From: Minisyncoccia bacterium
Lineage (GTDB): Bacteria > Patescibacteriota > Minisyncoccia > Phycocordibacterales > SBAW01
DNA length: 64,000 nucleotides
Direction: 5' to 3'
Assembly (NCBI GenBank): GCA_049997855.1
Contig: JBEKSG010000004.1
Location: 2,607-66,606 of the forward strand
Part shown: positions 49,664-59,136 of the stretch, piece by piece
Layout of the letters: each line of letters opens with the position of its first letter
Position numbering within the stretch: position 1 is the stretch's first letter
Made by a program: the position numbers and the translations under genes
The notes under the pieces: model-generated
Told to the model about the DNA's origin: nothing
What the model saw: only the letters and a program-made list of their open reading frames with translations
The model's database searches: none

Positions 49664-51139
49664 ATGAGGCGTGCGCATTTATTTTTTGCATTAGTTGTTG
49701 CAGTGTCTTTTGTAGTGCCACACGCAAGTTTTGCGGCGGTTCGCTCGCTCTCGCTCGGCCTCTCGGGGAACGATGTTACCACCTTGCAACAAGAGCTCAT
49801 CTCGCAAGGCTATTTAACCACAGGCAGTGACACCGGTTACTACGGAGCGCTCACACAAACGGCTGTTGAAAAATTCCAATGCGCGCAACATATTATTTGT
49901 GCCGGCGCGAGCGTTTCCGGCTACGGTATCGCCGGTCCCAAAACGCAGGCGGCGCTCGCAACTATTGCCGCCGCTCCCGTACAGCCGAGTTCGGTTAATA
50001 CTGCCGCACTCACGCCAGCCGCCACCGGCAAATTTGAAGTCTCTGGATGGGTGCCCGACTGGCGCGCCGCATCGGGCACGCTCGATGTTGCGCCGCACCT
50101 CGGCCAAATGACCAGCGTAATGCCATTTGGCTACTCGATAACAAACCAGGGAGTGCTCTTTGACAGCGCCAATATATCGCAAGCGCCATGGCCCGCGTTT
50201 ATTGCACAGGCAAAAGCGCAAAAAGTGCGCGTGATACCAACGGTAATGTGGGGCAATGGCGCTGCCGAGCAAGCAATATTGAGCAACACCACCACGCGCA
50301 TCGCGCTTGAGGACCAGATAGCAAATATAGTTAAACAAAACGGCTTCGACGGCATCGATATCGACTTTGAGGCAAAAGAGGCCGACACGATAAATTATTT
50401 TTCCACTTTTCTTAAAGGTCTGTACGCGCGCATGGGCAACAAATGGGTGTACTGCACGGTCGAGGCTAGGGAGCCGCTTGAGGATAGGTACAGCCCCGGC
50501 GCAACTATCCCTCCCGATGCCACCGACTACGCCAACAATTACGCGGCGATGAACCAATACTGCGACCGTGTCGAGATTATGGCCTACGACCAAGGCACCA
50601 TCGATGTGCGGCTCGACGCCGCACGTTCGGCGCCCTATGCGCCGGTCGCCGACCCGGGTTGGGTGTCCGACATCGTCACCTTGGCGGCGCAATCAATCTC
50701 ACGAAATAAATTAATTGTCGGCATTCCCGACTATGGCTACGAGTACACCGTGACGCCGATCAACGGCTCCTTCCAATACGACGTGCAGTGGGCGTTTAAT
50801 CCGGCGTATGCCATGCAAATTGCGGCTGAGCTTGGCATTACGCCGCATCGCACCAGCGCCGATGAACTCGGATTTATTTATAGTCCGAACGTTTTGGCGG
50901 CTATAGCCCCCGCCGATGGCAACAGCACACAAACGCAGCAGTCGGCGCCCGCCAATGCCACCGTGCAAAATCAGGGAAGCCAAGTAAACACTTCGCAACC
51001 GTTTAACTACGTCACCTGGAGCGACGCGCAAGCCATCGCCGACAAAGTAGAGCTCGCGCATCAGCTTGGCGTGAGGGGAGTAGCAATCTTCAGCCTTGGA
51101 GGAGCCGAAGACCAAAATATGTGGAGCGTGTTGAAATAG
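49664..51139 (+). CDS. GH18 glycoside hydrolase with N-terminal peptidoglycan-binding domain
   Basis: Signal peptide; LSLGLSGNDVTTLQQEL...GYYGALTQTAV; FDGIDIDFE; IMAYD. Confidence 0.88.
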   Translation: MRRAHLFFALVVAVSFVVPHASFAAVRSLSLGLSGNDVTTLQQELISQGYLTTGSDTGYYGALTQTAVEKFQCAQHIICAGASVSGYGIAGPKTQAALATIAAAPVQPSSVNTAALTPAATGKFEVSGWVPDWRAASGTLDVAPHLGQMTSVMPFGYSITNQGVLFDSANISQAPWPAFIAQAKAQKVRVIPTVMWGNGAAEQAILSNTTTRIALEDQIANIVKQNGFDGIDIDFEAKEADTINYFSTFLKGLYARMGNKWVYCTVEAREPLEDRYSPGATIPPDATDYANNYAAMNQYCDRVEIMAYDQGTIDVRLDAARSAPYAPVADPGWVSDIVTLAAQSISRNKLIVGIPDYGYEYTVTPINGSFQYDVQWAFNPAYAMQIAAELGITPHRTSADELGFIYSPNVLAAIAPADGNSTQTQQSAPANATVQNQGSQVNTSQPFNYVTWSDAQAIADKVELAHQLGVRGVAIFSLGGAEDQNMWSVLK

Positions 51140-51205
51140 CATAGTAAATAGCAAAAATTTGTGTTACAATAAAAACCAGTTAAATAGTACAAACGAGGTT
51201 AAGTC

Positions 51206-51493
51206 ATGGAAGACATCAACTTGTCTGAGCTAAATTTATCCAAATTTAGCTTATATGGGATGACCCCGGACGAGCTCTTGGCGTTTGCTATTACCAGAAA
51301 GAAGTGCTACGACCTCTTGATGGCAAAACGTGCTGAGTTTGTTAGTTGTCCTATCAATACATGGATAATCGTATCGGAGAGTGGCAACTACACCCTCGGT
51401 AACGATGTCTTTGAAGCGAATGACAAATTCGAAGAACTATACCCTGATGATAGAGGCAAGCGCAGGAGTTTTTCTGTCGGTGACATTCAATGA
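51206..51493 (+). CDS. Small hypothetical protein coupled to aspartyl protease
   Basis: 95-aa ORF with an ATGA overlap into the next gene. Confidence 0.6.
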   Translation: MEDINLSELNLSKFSLYGMTPDELLAFAITRKKCYDLLMAKRAEFVSCPINTWIIVSESGNYTLGNDVFEANDKFEELYPDDRGKRRSFSVGDIQ

Positions 51494-51891
51494 TTACCGG
51501 CTCGGTAGACGACTTGGGGCGCCCCTATGTACGAGTGGATGCCCCAGGTGGTTACTCCGTTCTCCTTCAAATAGATACTGGAGTAAACAGAAAACTCGTC
51601 ATCAATCGTAATGCAATCTATCTTCTGGAGCCTAATAATTCTACTGTATATGAAAGATCTTTTTCAGAAGTAGAATTGGCGGACTTTTCAAAAACGCAAA
51701 CTTTACGAGGCGCAGTAGAGTTGATCTGGTTTGGAAAGGTCGAAGTAATCGAAACGCTTATAACGGTACAAGTGCCTCGACACCCGCCTCATCCGGACCA
51801 ACCGGTAGGGCTCATTGGGACAGAATTGCTCAAGGATTGTCGACTTATAATCGATTTTCCACAGAGACTGGTTGAGATATACAGGAATTAA
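51490..51891 (+). CDS. Clan AA (retropepsin-like) aspartyl protease
   Basis: LQIDTG, VELAD, LIGTELL...LIIDF. Confidence 0.75.
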   Translation: MITGSVDDLGRPYVRVDAPGGYSVLLQIDTGVNRKLVINRNAIYLLEPNNSTVYERSFSEVELADFSKTQTLRGAVELIWFGKVEVIETLITVQVPRHPPHPDQPVGLIGTELLKDCRLIIDFPQRLVEIYRN

Positions 51892-51902
51892 ATATCTCGT
51901 TG

Positions 51903-51928
51903 GCCCCGCGGAAACGCGGGGCTTTTTT
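51903..51928 (+). terminator. Intrinsic terminator
   Basis: GCCCCGCG-GAAA-CGCGGGGC-TTTTTT. Confidence 0.85.
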
Positions 51929-51974
51929 ATCCTGATATTGCAAAAAGGCGGAGTTTGTGTTAATATTTTAACAC

Positions 51975-53240
51975 ATGCCTACTAGCCACAATTCGAGCCA
52001 CAAGCCCTCAACTGGAGCCAAATTTGCCCGTAAACCTTTTAAGCGCTTTGGCGTATCCAAAGGCGGCCGCCCGTATAGCCGTTTTAACGGCGTCAAAACC
52101 GGCGGATATAAAAAAAGCAGCAAGTTTAAGCAGGCTGTTTTTAGCGACATTTCGCGCTTTGTAAACAAAGCGGTCATCACCGAGGCGGTTGAGCATTTTG
52201 TGCCCGAGCATCAGTTTGTCGATTTTGCCATCGAAGATTCGCTTAAAAAAAATATCGCAGGCAAGGGTTATGCAACACCAACGCCGATACAAGACCGCTC
52301 GATACCGCACATCCTCCGCGGCCAGGATGTAGTGGGCATCGCCAACACCGGCACCGGCAAAACAGCCGCATTTCTTATCCCGCTCATCAACAAAGTGCTC
52401 AAAGACCGCAATCAACGGATTTTAATCATGGTGCCCACGCGCGAGCTCGCCACGCAAATCGGCGATGAGCTCCGCGGCTTTACGCCGGGCTTGGCGCTAC
52501 GCGCGGCTATTTGCGTCGGCGGCGCATCCATTTTTAATCAAATGCAGGATTTGCGCCGCAAGCCCAACTTTGTCATCGGCACGCCGGGGCGTCTTAAAGA
52601 TTTGCTCGAACGCAAAACATTGGTGCTCTCAAGTTTTGCCACCGTGGTGCTCGACGAAGCCGACCGGATGCTCGATATGGGCTTTATCAACGACATGCGC
52701 ATCATTTTGGCGCAGCTCACCACGCCACGCCACACGCTCTTTTTTTGCGCGACGCTCTCAAACGAGATAGAGGTACTCATCAAAAACTTTCTCACCGAGC
52801 CGGTGCGCATCTCGGTTAAGACGGGCGACACTGCTAAAAATGTCGATCAAGATATTATCCGTGTGCCTGCACACGGTAATAAAATAGACGTACTGGTTGA
52901 TTTGCTTAAGAAATCTGAATTTAATAAAGTATTAGTCTTTGGGCGCACTAAGCACGGCGTCGAGAAGCTCGCCAAAACGCTCGATGCAAAAGGTTTCAAG
53001 GCCGACTCCATCCACGGCAACAAAACACAAAGCCGCCGCCAAAAAGCGCTCGACCTCTTTAAAAAAGGGTACACCAAGGTGCTGGTAGCCACCGACGTTG
53101 CCGCGCGCGGCCTCGACATCAGCGATGTCTCTCACGTCATCAACTATGAGCTGCCCGCGACGCACGATGACTACGTGCATCGCATCGGCCGTACCGGCCG
53201 CGCGGGCAAAAAGGGCATCGCGCTCACGTTTGTCGAATAA
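51975..53240 (+). CDS. DEAD-box RNA helicase
   Basis: PTPIQ, TGTGKT, PTRELA, TPGR, LDEADRM, ARGLD, HRIGRTGRAG. Confidence 0.95.
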   Translation: MPTSHNSSHKPSTGAKFARKPFKRFGVSKGGRPYSRFNGVKTGGYKKSSKFKQAVFSDISRFVNKAVITEAVEHFVPEHQFVDFAIEDSLKKNIAGKGYATPTPIQDRSIPHILRGQDVVGIANTGTGKTAAFLIPLINKVLKDRNQRILIMVPTRELATQIGDELRGFTPGLALRAAICVGGASIFNQMQDLRRKPNFVIGTPGRLKDLLERKTLVLSSFATVVLDEADRMLDMGFINDMRIILAQLTTPRHTLFFCATLSNEIEVLIKNFLTEPVRISVKTGDTAKNVDQDIIRVPAHGNKIDVLVDLLKKSEFNKVLVFGRTKHGVEKLAKTLDAKGFKADSIHGNKTQSRRQKALDLFKKGYTKVLVATDVAARGLDISDVSHVINYELPATHDDYVHRIGRTGRAGKKGIALTFVE

Positions 53241-53244
53241 CACT

Positions 53245-53445
53245 ATGGCAAAAAAAGATTCAAAAGAAGATTTGCAGCACAAATATGTGCAAACCCAAGG
53301 CCCAACCAAGACCTTCCAAAAAAACGGCCACTGGGTAGAGAAAAAGAGTGTCACGCCTATTGTGGTGTGCGAGTGCGGCAACCGCTATCTCAAAACGCGC
53401 CCCAACCAAAAAGTGTGCCTGCGCTGTTTAAGCGCAATTAAATAG
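53245..53445 (+). CDS. Small Cys-rich (zinc-finger-like) protein
   Basis: 66 aa; CECG...CLRC; ATG immediately after the helicase stop. Confidence 0.65.
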   Translation: MAKKDSKEDLQHKYVQTQGPTKTFQKNGHWVEKKSVTPIVVCECGNRYLKTRPNQKVCLRCLSAIK

Positions 53446-53468
53446 CAAATCTGCTACACTGGTGTGAT

Positions 53469-54086
53469 ATGGACTATCACACGCTTGCAAACAAAGAGTC
53501 TATTGCAAAAACAGCCCCGGCTCTTACGGCAAACGGCATCGAGACCGTGGTGGTAGGCACCAAAGAGGCAGCACTCGAAGAAATTAAAAAATTGATACCG
53601 CAAGGCGCCAGTGTCATGAACGGCTCCTCGCGCACGCTCGAAGAGATAGGCTACATCAGTCTACTGCAAAGTGGCGCGCATGGATGGAACAATCTGCACG
53701 CTGCTATTTTGGCCGAAACTGACAAGACAAAACAAGCCGCGCTCCGCCGGCAGGCGGTATTTTCCGACTTTTACCTCGGCAGTGTGCACGCCATTACCGA
53801 AGGCGGCGAGTTGCTTGTTGCCTCCGGCTCGGGCAGCCAATTGCCCGCGCTCGCCTTTACCGCAAAAAATATTATTATCGTTGCCGGCGCGCAAAAAATC
53901 GTGCCGACGCTCGCGGACGCGTTTAGCCGCCTCAACACCTACGTGTATCCGCTTGAGGACAAACGCATGAAGGACGCGGGGCAGGGAGGCAGTACTATTG
54001 CCAAAATACTTATTGTTGCCAAAGAACCTGCATGGATGGGCCGCACCGTGCGCCTCATCTTGGTTAACGAGCCGCTCGGCTTCTAA
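53469..54086 (+). CDS. LUD-domain (lactate utilization-like) protein
   Basis: GSSRTLEEIG, YLGSVHAITEGG, VAGAQKIV, NEPLGF. Confidence 0.8.
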   Translation: MDYHTLANKESIAKTAPALTANGIETVVVGTKEAALEEIKKLIPQGASVMNGSSRTLEEIGYISLLQSGAHGWNNLHAAILAETDKTKQAALRRQAVFSDFYLGSVHAITEGGELLVASGSGSQLPALAFTAKNIIIVAGAQKIVPTLADAFSRLNTYVYPLEDKRMKDAGQGGSTIAKILIVAKEPAWMGRTVRLILVNEPLGF

Positions 54087-54176
54087 CGGTTATTTTCTGG
54101 CGATAACACAGGTGGATAACTCCACTTGCTTTATTTTCTACAGTACCTTAGTATAGCAAGGTAGCTATATAATAAT

Positions 54177-54512
54177 ATGACGTCACAACACACCGGAGAG
54201 GATAAACTTGCTCCTTTGCGCAAAGGACTCCTTGAACTCGCCGTGCTCAAGGTTATTTCGGGTCGTGCGGTATACGCGGCCGACATTTTAGAGCGTCTCC
54301 ATGACACGCCGCTTAAAACCCAGGAGGGGACACTGTACCCGCTCCTCTCCAAGTTGCGCCGCGAGGGGCTGGTCACCTACGAGTGGGAAGAGTCGGCAGC
54401 GGGGCCGCCGCGCAAGTATTACTCGCTCACCAAAGGTGGCGAGGACACACTCAAAGAACTCTCTCATTATTTAAAAACATTACAAGCAAGCATTAACAAT
54501 TTAGCCAAATAA
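54177..54512 (+). CDS. PadR family transcriptional regulator
   Basis: LRKGLLELAVL, EGTLYPLLSKL, GPPRKYYSLT. Confidence 0.93.
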   Translation: MTSQHTGEDKLAPLRKGLLELAVLKVISGRAVYAADILERLHDTPLKTQEGTLYPLLSKLRREGLVTYEWEESAAGPPRKYYSLTKGGEDTLKELSHYLKTLQASINNLAK

Positions 54513-54513
54513 C

Positions 54514-55398
54514 ATGAACAAGGTAGTGACAATACATTTAGATGGGATAGCGTACAGCCTCGAAGAGGGTGCTTACGATGCGCTTCGCGCGTACCTCGAT
54601 GCCGCCGAGGTCACACTCTCGCAAAATCCCGACAAGGACGAAATAATTAGAGACCTAGAGCAAGCTATCGGGACAAAACTGAGCGCGTATTTAAACGCAC
54701 ACAAAAATGTCGTAATCCAGTCTGATATAGACGCCGTGCTTGCCGAGATGGGCCCTGTCGCGGCCGAAGGAGATACGTATCCCGAAGGCGATGCTGAAAA
54801 AACAGCCAACGCAGCGCCCGCGCCCAAACAGCTCTACCGCCTTAAACAAAATGGCGTGCTATTTGGCGTGTGCGCCGGCCTCGCCGCATACTTCGGCGTC
54901 GATGTTGCGCTCGTGCGTTTTATTTTTATTATCCTCACCTTTATTACCGGCGGCGGCTTTGCGATTGTATATGTGCTTGCGGTGATATTTATCCCCGAAG
55001 CACACACGTCGGCAGAGCAGGCCGAAGCCTATGGTACGGCGCCGCTTACCGCGCAAGATTTAGTCAATCGCGCCAAAGAGGGCTTTAATCAATTTGCAAA
55101 TTCCGAGCAATGGCACACATGGAAACAGCAGATGCGCCAACAACGAAAGCAGTGGAGACAGGAGCGCCGGGCATACCGGCATATGCATCGCGGCTATACA
55201 TGGCACGACCATCCGCGGGGTTTTTTAACCGAACTCAATGAGTTTATCTGGAGCATGTTTAGCCTCGTTGTTTTGGTGTTCTTTATTTGGATTCTCTACC
55301 ATCATATATCCTTGGTACATCAATTTTTAGACAACCTTAAAACGTTGTGGGATCGCTTTATTTACGCGCTTGCGCAAGTCATAAGCAATCACCGTTAA
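54514..55398 (+). CDS. PspC domain membrane protein
   Basis: EEGAYDALRAYL; LYR...FGVCAGLAAYFGVDVALVR. Confidence 0.88.
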   Translation: MNKVVTIHLDGIAYSLEEGAYDALRAYLDAAEVTLSQNPDKDEIIRDLEQAIGTKLSAYLNAHKNVVIQSDIDAVLAEMGPVAAEGDTYPEGDAEKTANAAPAPKQLYRLKQNGVLFGVCAGLAAYFGVDVALVRFIFIILTFITGGGFAIVYVLAVIFIPEAHTSAEQAEAYGTAPLTAQDLVNRAKEGFNQFANSEQWHTWKQQMRQQRKQWRQERRAYRHMHRGYTWHDHPRGFLTELNEFIWSMFSLVVLVFFIWILYHHISLVHQFLDNLKTLWDRFIYALAQVISNHR

Positions 55399-55438
55399 CA
55401 ATACTTGTTTCTTCGTGAAGATGCGTTAGTATCAAGCC

Positions 55439-56410
55439 ATGCAAAAAGGCAAAGTTACCGGCGTGTTATTGATTGTCGTTATCGTCCTTATCGGTGTGTT
55501 TTTGTGGTACAACCGCAGTGCCTCGTGGTTTGTGCCGTTTCTCGGTTCAAATAAGACATCAACCGAGCAGCAAGAGACCGCAAAAGTAACCTACGCGTGC
55601 GATGCGAACAAAACGATAGTTGCCACGTATTATTCCGGCCCATCGCTCCCCGTGCCTGTCGGCTCCACCATGCCGCCCGCGCCAAACGGCAGCGTGGCGC
55701 TCACGCTCGGCGATGGCCGCGCGATGACCTTGCCGCAAACAATATCCGGCTCGGGCATCCGCTATGCCAATGCCGACGAATCACTGGTGTTTTGGAGCAA
55801 AGGCAACACCGCGTTTATCACCGAAGGCCTGCCTGCGCAGGCAGGTGTCGCCACCAGCTCGGTACAGACGTTTGCCAACTGTGTTGTGTTGAGCGACATA
55901 AGCGGCCAGGATAGTTGGAACTTTTTTGCCTCCTCGACGCTCGGCTACTCGATTAAATATCCGCAAGGGTACACCATGACCGCGCCCTACGACTATCAAG
56001 AGCTCGGTCCCGGCAAAGATATTGCGGGTGTTAAATTTACTATCGACCCTGCTATTGCCACAGGCACCAATCTTTCGCGCGACAGCTATGTGAGCGTCGA
56101 GCAATTGCCAAACGACGCAGCCGACTGCACAGCCGGTCTCTTTTTAGACGATCAACACATAAGCACCAGCACGCTTACCGACAACGGCGTCACCTACTCG
56201 GTGGCGGTGAGCAACGGCGCGGGCGCAGGCAATCTCTACAGCGAAACAGTGTATGCCATACCGGGCTCAAGCGCGTGTACCGCGGTGCGGTACTTTATTC
56301 ACTCGTCAGAGATAGGCAACTATCCGCCGGGCATGGTGGTGGCGTTCGATAAACAAACACTGCTCAATCAGTTTGACGCCATCCGCCGCTCGCTCGTACT
56401 TGCAAGGTAA
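55439..56410 (+). CDS. Membrane-anchored MliC (lysozyme inhibitor)-domain protein
   Basis: YACD...LPQTISGSGIRYAN...FWSKGNTAF. Confidence 0.8.
   Translation: MQKGKVTGVLLIVVIVLIGVFLWYNRSASWFVPFLGSNKTSTEQQETAKVTYACDANKTIVATYYSGPSLPVPVGSTMPPAPNGSVALTLGDGRAMTLPQTISGSGIRYANADESLVFWSKGNTAFITEGLPAQAGVATSSVQTFANCVVLSDISGQDSWNFFASSTLGYSIKYPQGYTMTAPYDYQELGPGKDIAGVKFTIDPAIATGTNLSRDSYVSVEQLPNDAADCTAGLFLDDQHISTSTLTDNGVTYSVAVSNGAGAGNLYSETVYAIPGSSACTAVRYFIHSSEIGNYPPGMVVAFDKQTLLNQFDAIRRSLVLAR
55827..55845. repeat. Intragenic palindrome, family A
   Basis: GCCTGCCTGCGCAGGCAGG read as LPAQAG. Confidence 0.9.
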
Positions 56411-56411
56411 A

Positions 56412-56492
56412 AAGCAAAAACGAAAACGTTCTTTCTTCCGGAGAGATGAACGGGACCCCAACTCCTCCAGAAAGAAGTTTCCGTTTTTGCTT
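56412..56492. repeat. Long imperfect hairpin / MITE-like element
   Basis: AAGCAAAAACGAAAAC / GTTTCCGTTTTTGCTT plus inner TTCTTTCT / AGAAAGAA. Confidence 0.65.
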
Positions 56493-56523
56493 CCGGCTAC
56501 TTGATAAGGTAGCATGAGTCTCT

Positions 56524-58149
56524 ATGACTCAGACGCAGGCTTTAGCGATACTCAAAACGGGCGCAAATGTTTTTTTAACCGGCGAGCCGGGCTCGGGCAA
56601 GTCGCACACCGTCAACGAGTTTACAGGGTGGCTCCGTTCGCGGGGCATCGAGCCCGCCATCACCGCATCCACCGGCATTGCCGCCACGCACATCGGCGGC
56701 CTTACCATCCACTCGTGGGCGGGCATCGGCATCAAGCGGCGCCTAAGCCAATATGACTTGGACCGCATTGCCTCGACCGAGCACGTGGTCAAGCGCATGC
56801 GCCGCACCAAAATTTTAATTATCGACGAAGTTTCGATGCTCTCACCGGATACGCTCTCGATGGTTGATGCCGTATGCCGCGAGGTGTTGGGCAGCGCCCA
56901 AGCGTTTGGCGGCTTGCAGGTGGTGTTTGTCGGCGACTTTTTCCAACTGCCGCCTATCATCGCGCGCGACGCCGAGCCCGAGGTTGATGAGGATGGCATG
57001 TTTCAAGTCGGCGCTGAAGTGCCGCGCTTTGCCTACTCCTCGCAGGCATGGAAGCGCGCCAACCCGGTCGCGTGTTACTTAACCGAGCAACATCGTCAGG
57101 AGAGCGGCGCGTTTCTCGGCGTGCTTTCGGCAATCCGCCGCAATCAGTTTGGTGAGAAACACATGGAGCATATCGCGTCGCGCAAAATCGGGAGAGACAA
57201 GGCACCTGCCCAGGCACCCAAACTCTACTCGCACAACGCCGACGTCGACAAAATCAACGACGACACGCTCGGCAGTCTCGAGGGCTCGCCAAAAAGTTTT
57301 GTGATGGAAGGGCGCGGCACGCCGGCGATTGTCAAAGCGCTCAAAAAATCGTGCCTCTCGCCCGAAGCATTGTTTTTAAAACTCAATGCTTCGGTCATGT
57401 TTACCAAAAATAATCCCAAAGAGGGTTTTGTAAATGGCACGCTTGGATTAGTTACCGGTTTTAGTTCATACAACAATTATCCGATGGTAAAAACGCGCGA
57501 AGGCCGCACTATTTTGGTAGAGCCGATGGAATGGAGCATCGAGGAGGGCGGCGTCGTGCGCGGGAGCATCAGCCAGTTGCCATTGCGTCTCGCGTGGGCA
57601 ATCACCGTGCACAAAAGCCAGGGGCTATCGCTCGACGAAGCCGTGATGGACCTAAGCCGGGTATTTGAGTACGGCCAGGGCTACGTGGCGCTCTCGCGCG
57701 TGCGCAGCCTGGAGGGGCTCTACCTCTTGGGATGGAATCGCCGCACGTTTGAGGTGCACCCGGAGGTGCTTGCCAAAGACGAGCAGTTTAGAGAGGCGAG
57801 CGAGGAAGCCTCGATTGCGTTTGATAAAATCCCGCGCGGCGATCTGCAAAAAATGCACAACAACTTTTTGATTGCGTGCGGTGGTACATTAGAAACAGCA
57901 ACGCCCGCCAAGGCTGCCTTGGCGGGCAATAAAATCCAAGAGCGCACTCAGCAAGTGGGGCGGCTTGCGGAGATTAGAGAAAAGCATCCTAATGCCTATC
58001 GGCCGTGGAGCGAGGATGACGACGACAAATTAAAAGATATGTACGAGAGCGGCAGCACACCGGCACAACTCCAAAAAACCTTCGGTCGCCAGCGCGGCTC
58101 CATCCACGCCCGCCTCATCAAGCTTGGATTAATCGAGGATACGCAGTAA
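56524..58149 (+). CDS. Pif1 family DNA helicase
   Basis: GEPGSGKS, ASTGIAA, IIDEVSM, GDFFQLPP, QLPLRLAWAITVHKSQG, YVALSR. Confidence 0.92.
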   Translation: MTQTQALAILKTGANVFLTGEPGSGKSHTVNEFTGWLRSRGIEPAITASTGIAATHIGGLTIHSWAGIGIKRRLSQYDLDRIASTEHVVKRMRRTKILIIDEVSMLSPDTLSMVDAVCREVLGSAQAFGGLQVVFVGDFFQLPPIIARDAEPEVDEDGMFQVGAEVPRFAYSSQAWKRANPVACYLTEQHRQESGAFLGVLSAIRRNQFGEKHMEHIASRKIGRDKAPAQAPKLYSHNADVDKINDDTLGSLEGSPKSFVMEGRGTPAIVKALKKSCLSPEALFLKLNASVMFTKNNPKEGFVNGTLGLVTGFSSYNNYPMVKTREGRTILVEPMEWSIEEGGVVRGSISQLPLRLAWAITVHKSQGLSLDEAVMDLSRVFEYGQGYVALSRVRSLEGLYLLGWNRRTFEVHPEVLAKDEQFREASEEASIAFDKIPRGDLQKMHNNFLIACGGTLETATPAKAALAGNKIQERTQQVGRLAEIREKHPNAYRPWSEDDDDKLKDMYESGSTPAQLQKTFGRQRGSIHARLIKLGLIEDTQ

Positions 58150-58175
58150 AATTATAAAGCTACACTATATTACAG

Positions 58176-58322
58176 ATGATTAAAAAGATAAAAAGCAAAT
58201 ACGTGGTGCTGTCCGAAAAAGGCGACCGCTCCTTTGGTACCTACAAAACTCTTGCCGAAGCCAAAAAGCGCCTGGGGCAAGTTGAGTTTTTTAAACATAG
58301 AGCAGCCAAAAAGGGAAGATAG
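58176..58322 (+). CDS. 48-aa basic microprotein (not in ORF track)
   Basis: MIKKIKSKYVVLSEKGDRSFGTYKTLAEAKKRLGQVEFFKHRAAKKGR; fills the intergenic gap; TACACT -10 box upstream. Confidence 0.7.
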   Translation: MIKKIKSKYVVLSEKGDRSFGTYKTLAEAKKRLGQVEFFKHRAAKKGR

Positions 58323-58353
58323 TAATATTCCTCATATTTGGTAGGCTTGGGCC

Positions 58354-58965
58354 GTGAATCCGGATGAAATAAAGACATTTTTGGAATCTTTTAAGGACAG
58401 GGCAGCACGAACAATTGTTGTGGTGGATTTCGGAAATGTAGATAAGTGGGAAAAGAATCTTGGCTGGCGGATAGGCCTTCAAGAGCTCGGACGATTAGTT
58501 AAGCATTTTGCACAAGGAAATAAATCATTGCGACGCTTTTATTACGGTTCAGATTATGGTCCTAAAGAGTATTCAACATCGCTTTCACTCTGGTCAGGAA
58601 GTATTCTAAATCGTGCGGAAATGAATCGGTTTGAAGTAATAACTAAGCCTGTAAAATATATCCACGACACGTCAAAGTCCGGCGGGTATGAAAAGAAGTG
58701 CGACTTTGATGTTGAAATGGCGGTTGATCTAGTTCGTATGAGAAATGATTACGACGATATTGTTTTGTTTTCTGGTGATGGAGATTTAGTATATGCGCTT
58801 CGCTATTTAAAAGATGCTTTTGGAAAGACTTCACACGTATTTAGTGCTCGTGGTCACGTAGGTCGGGAAGTGGTTGATGCTGCCAAAGACGGTGTGATTA
58901 AGCGACTTTTATATGCTGACGATTTTCGTTACCGATTAGATATGACTCGCTTCCATAAACACTAA
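58354..58965 (+). CDS. NYN domain (LabA/DUF88, PIN-like) nuclease
   Basis: VVDFGNV, KCDFDVEMAVD, LFSGDGDL. Confidence 0.88.
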   Translation: MNPDEIKTFLESFKDRAARTIVVVDFGNVDKWEKNLGWRIGLQELGRLVKHFAQGNKSLRRFYYGSDYGPKEYSTSLSLWSGSILNRAEMNRFEVITKPVKYIHDTSKSGGYEKKCDFDVEMAVDLVRMRNDYDDIVLFSGDGDLVYALRYLKDAFGKTSHVFSARGHVGREVVDAAKDGVIKRLLYADDFRYRLDMTRFHKH

Positions 58966-58967
58966 AA

Positions 58968-59030
58968 TTTCAAAGGCCCGCCCCTTTCGAGGCAGGCCTT
59001 GATCAAAGTCCGGTAGGGGTTACCTACAAG
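58968..59030 (-). ncRNA. Candidate small antisense RNA convergent with NYN gene
   Basis: Minus-strand TTGATT-17 nt-TATAGT promoter (59063-59035); hairpin AAGGCCTGCCTC-GAAA-GGGGCGGGCCTT pairs fully only on the minus strand. Confidence 0.45.
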
Positions 59031-59136
59031 GCCCACTATACCCATATTCAGATTAAAAATCAATGAGGTGTTGAGAACTCTAAAAAGATAAGCAGTATAT
59101 GGCTAAAATCCCTCATATTTGATAAGCTTGAATCAT

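Noticed and set aside
57204-57216. CCTGCCCAGGCA in the Pif1 gene, and CCGGCAGG at about 5132 and 11463, as family A copies
   Set aside because: Too short or partial, and explained by ordinary codons.
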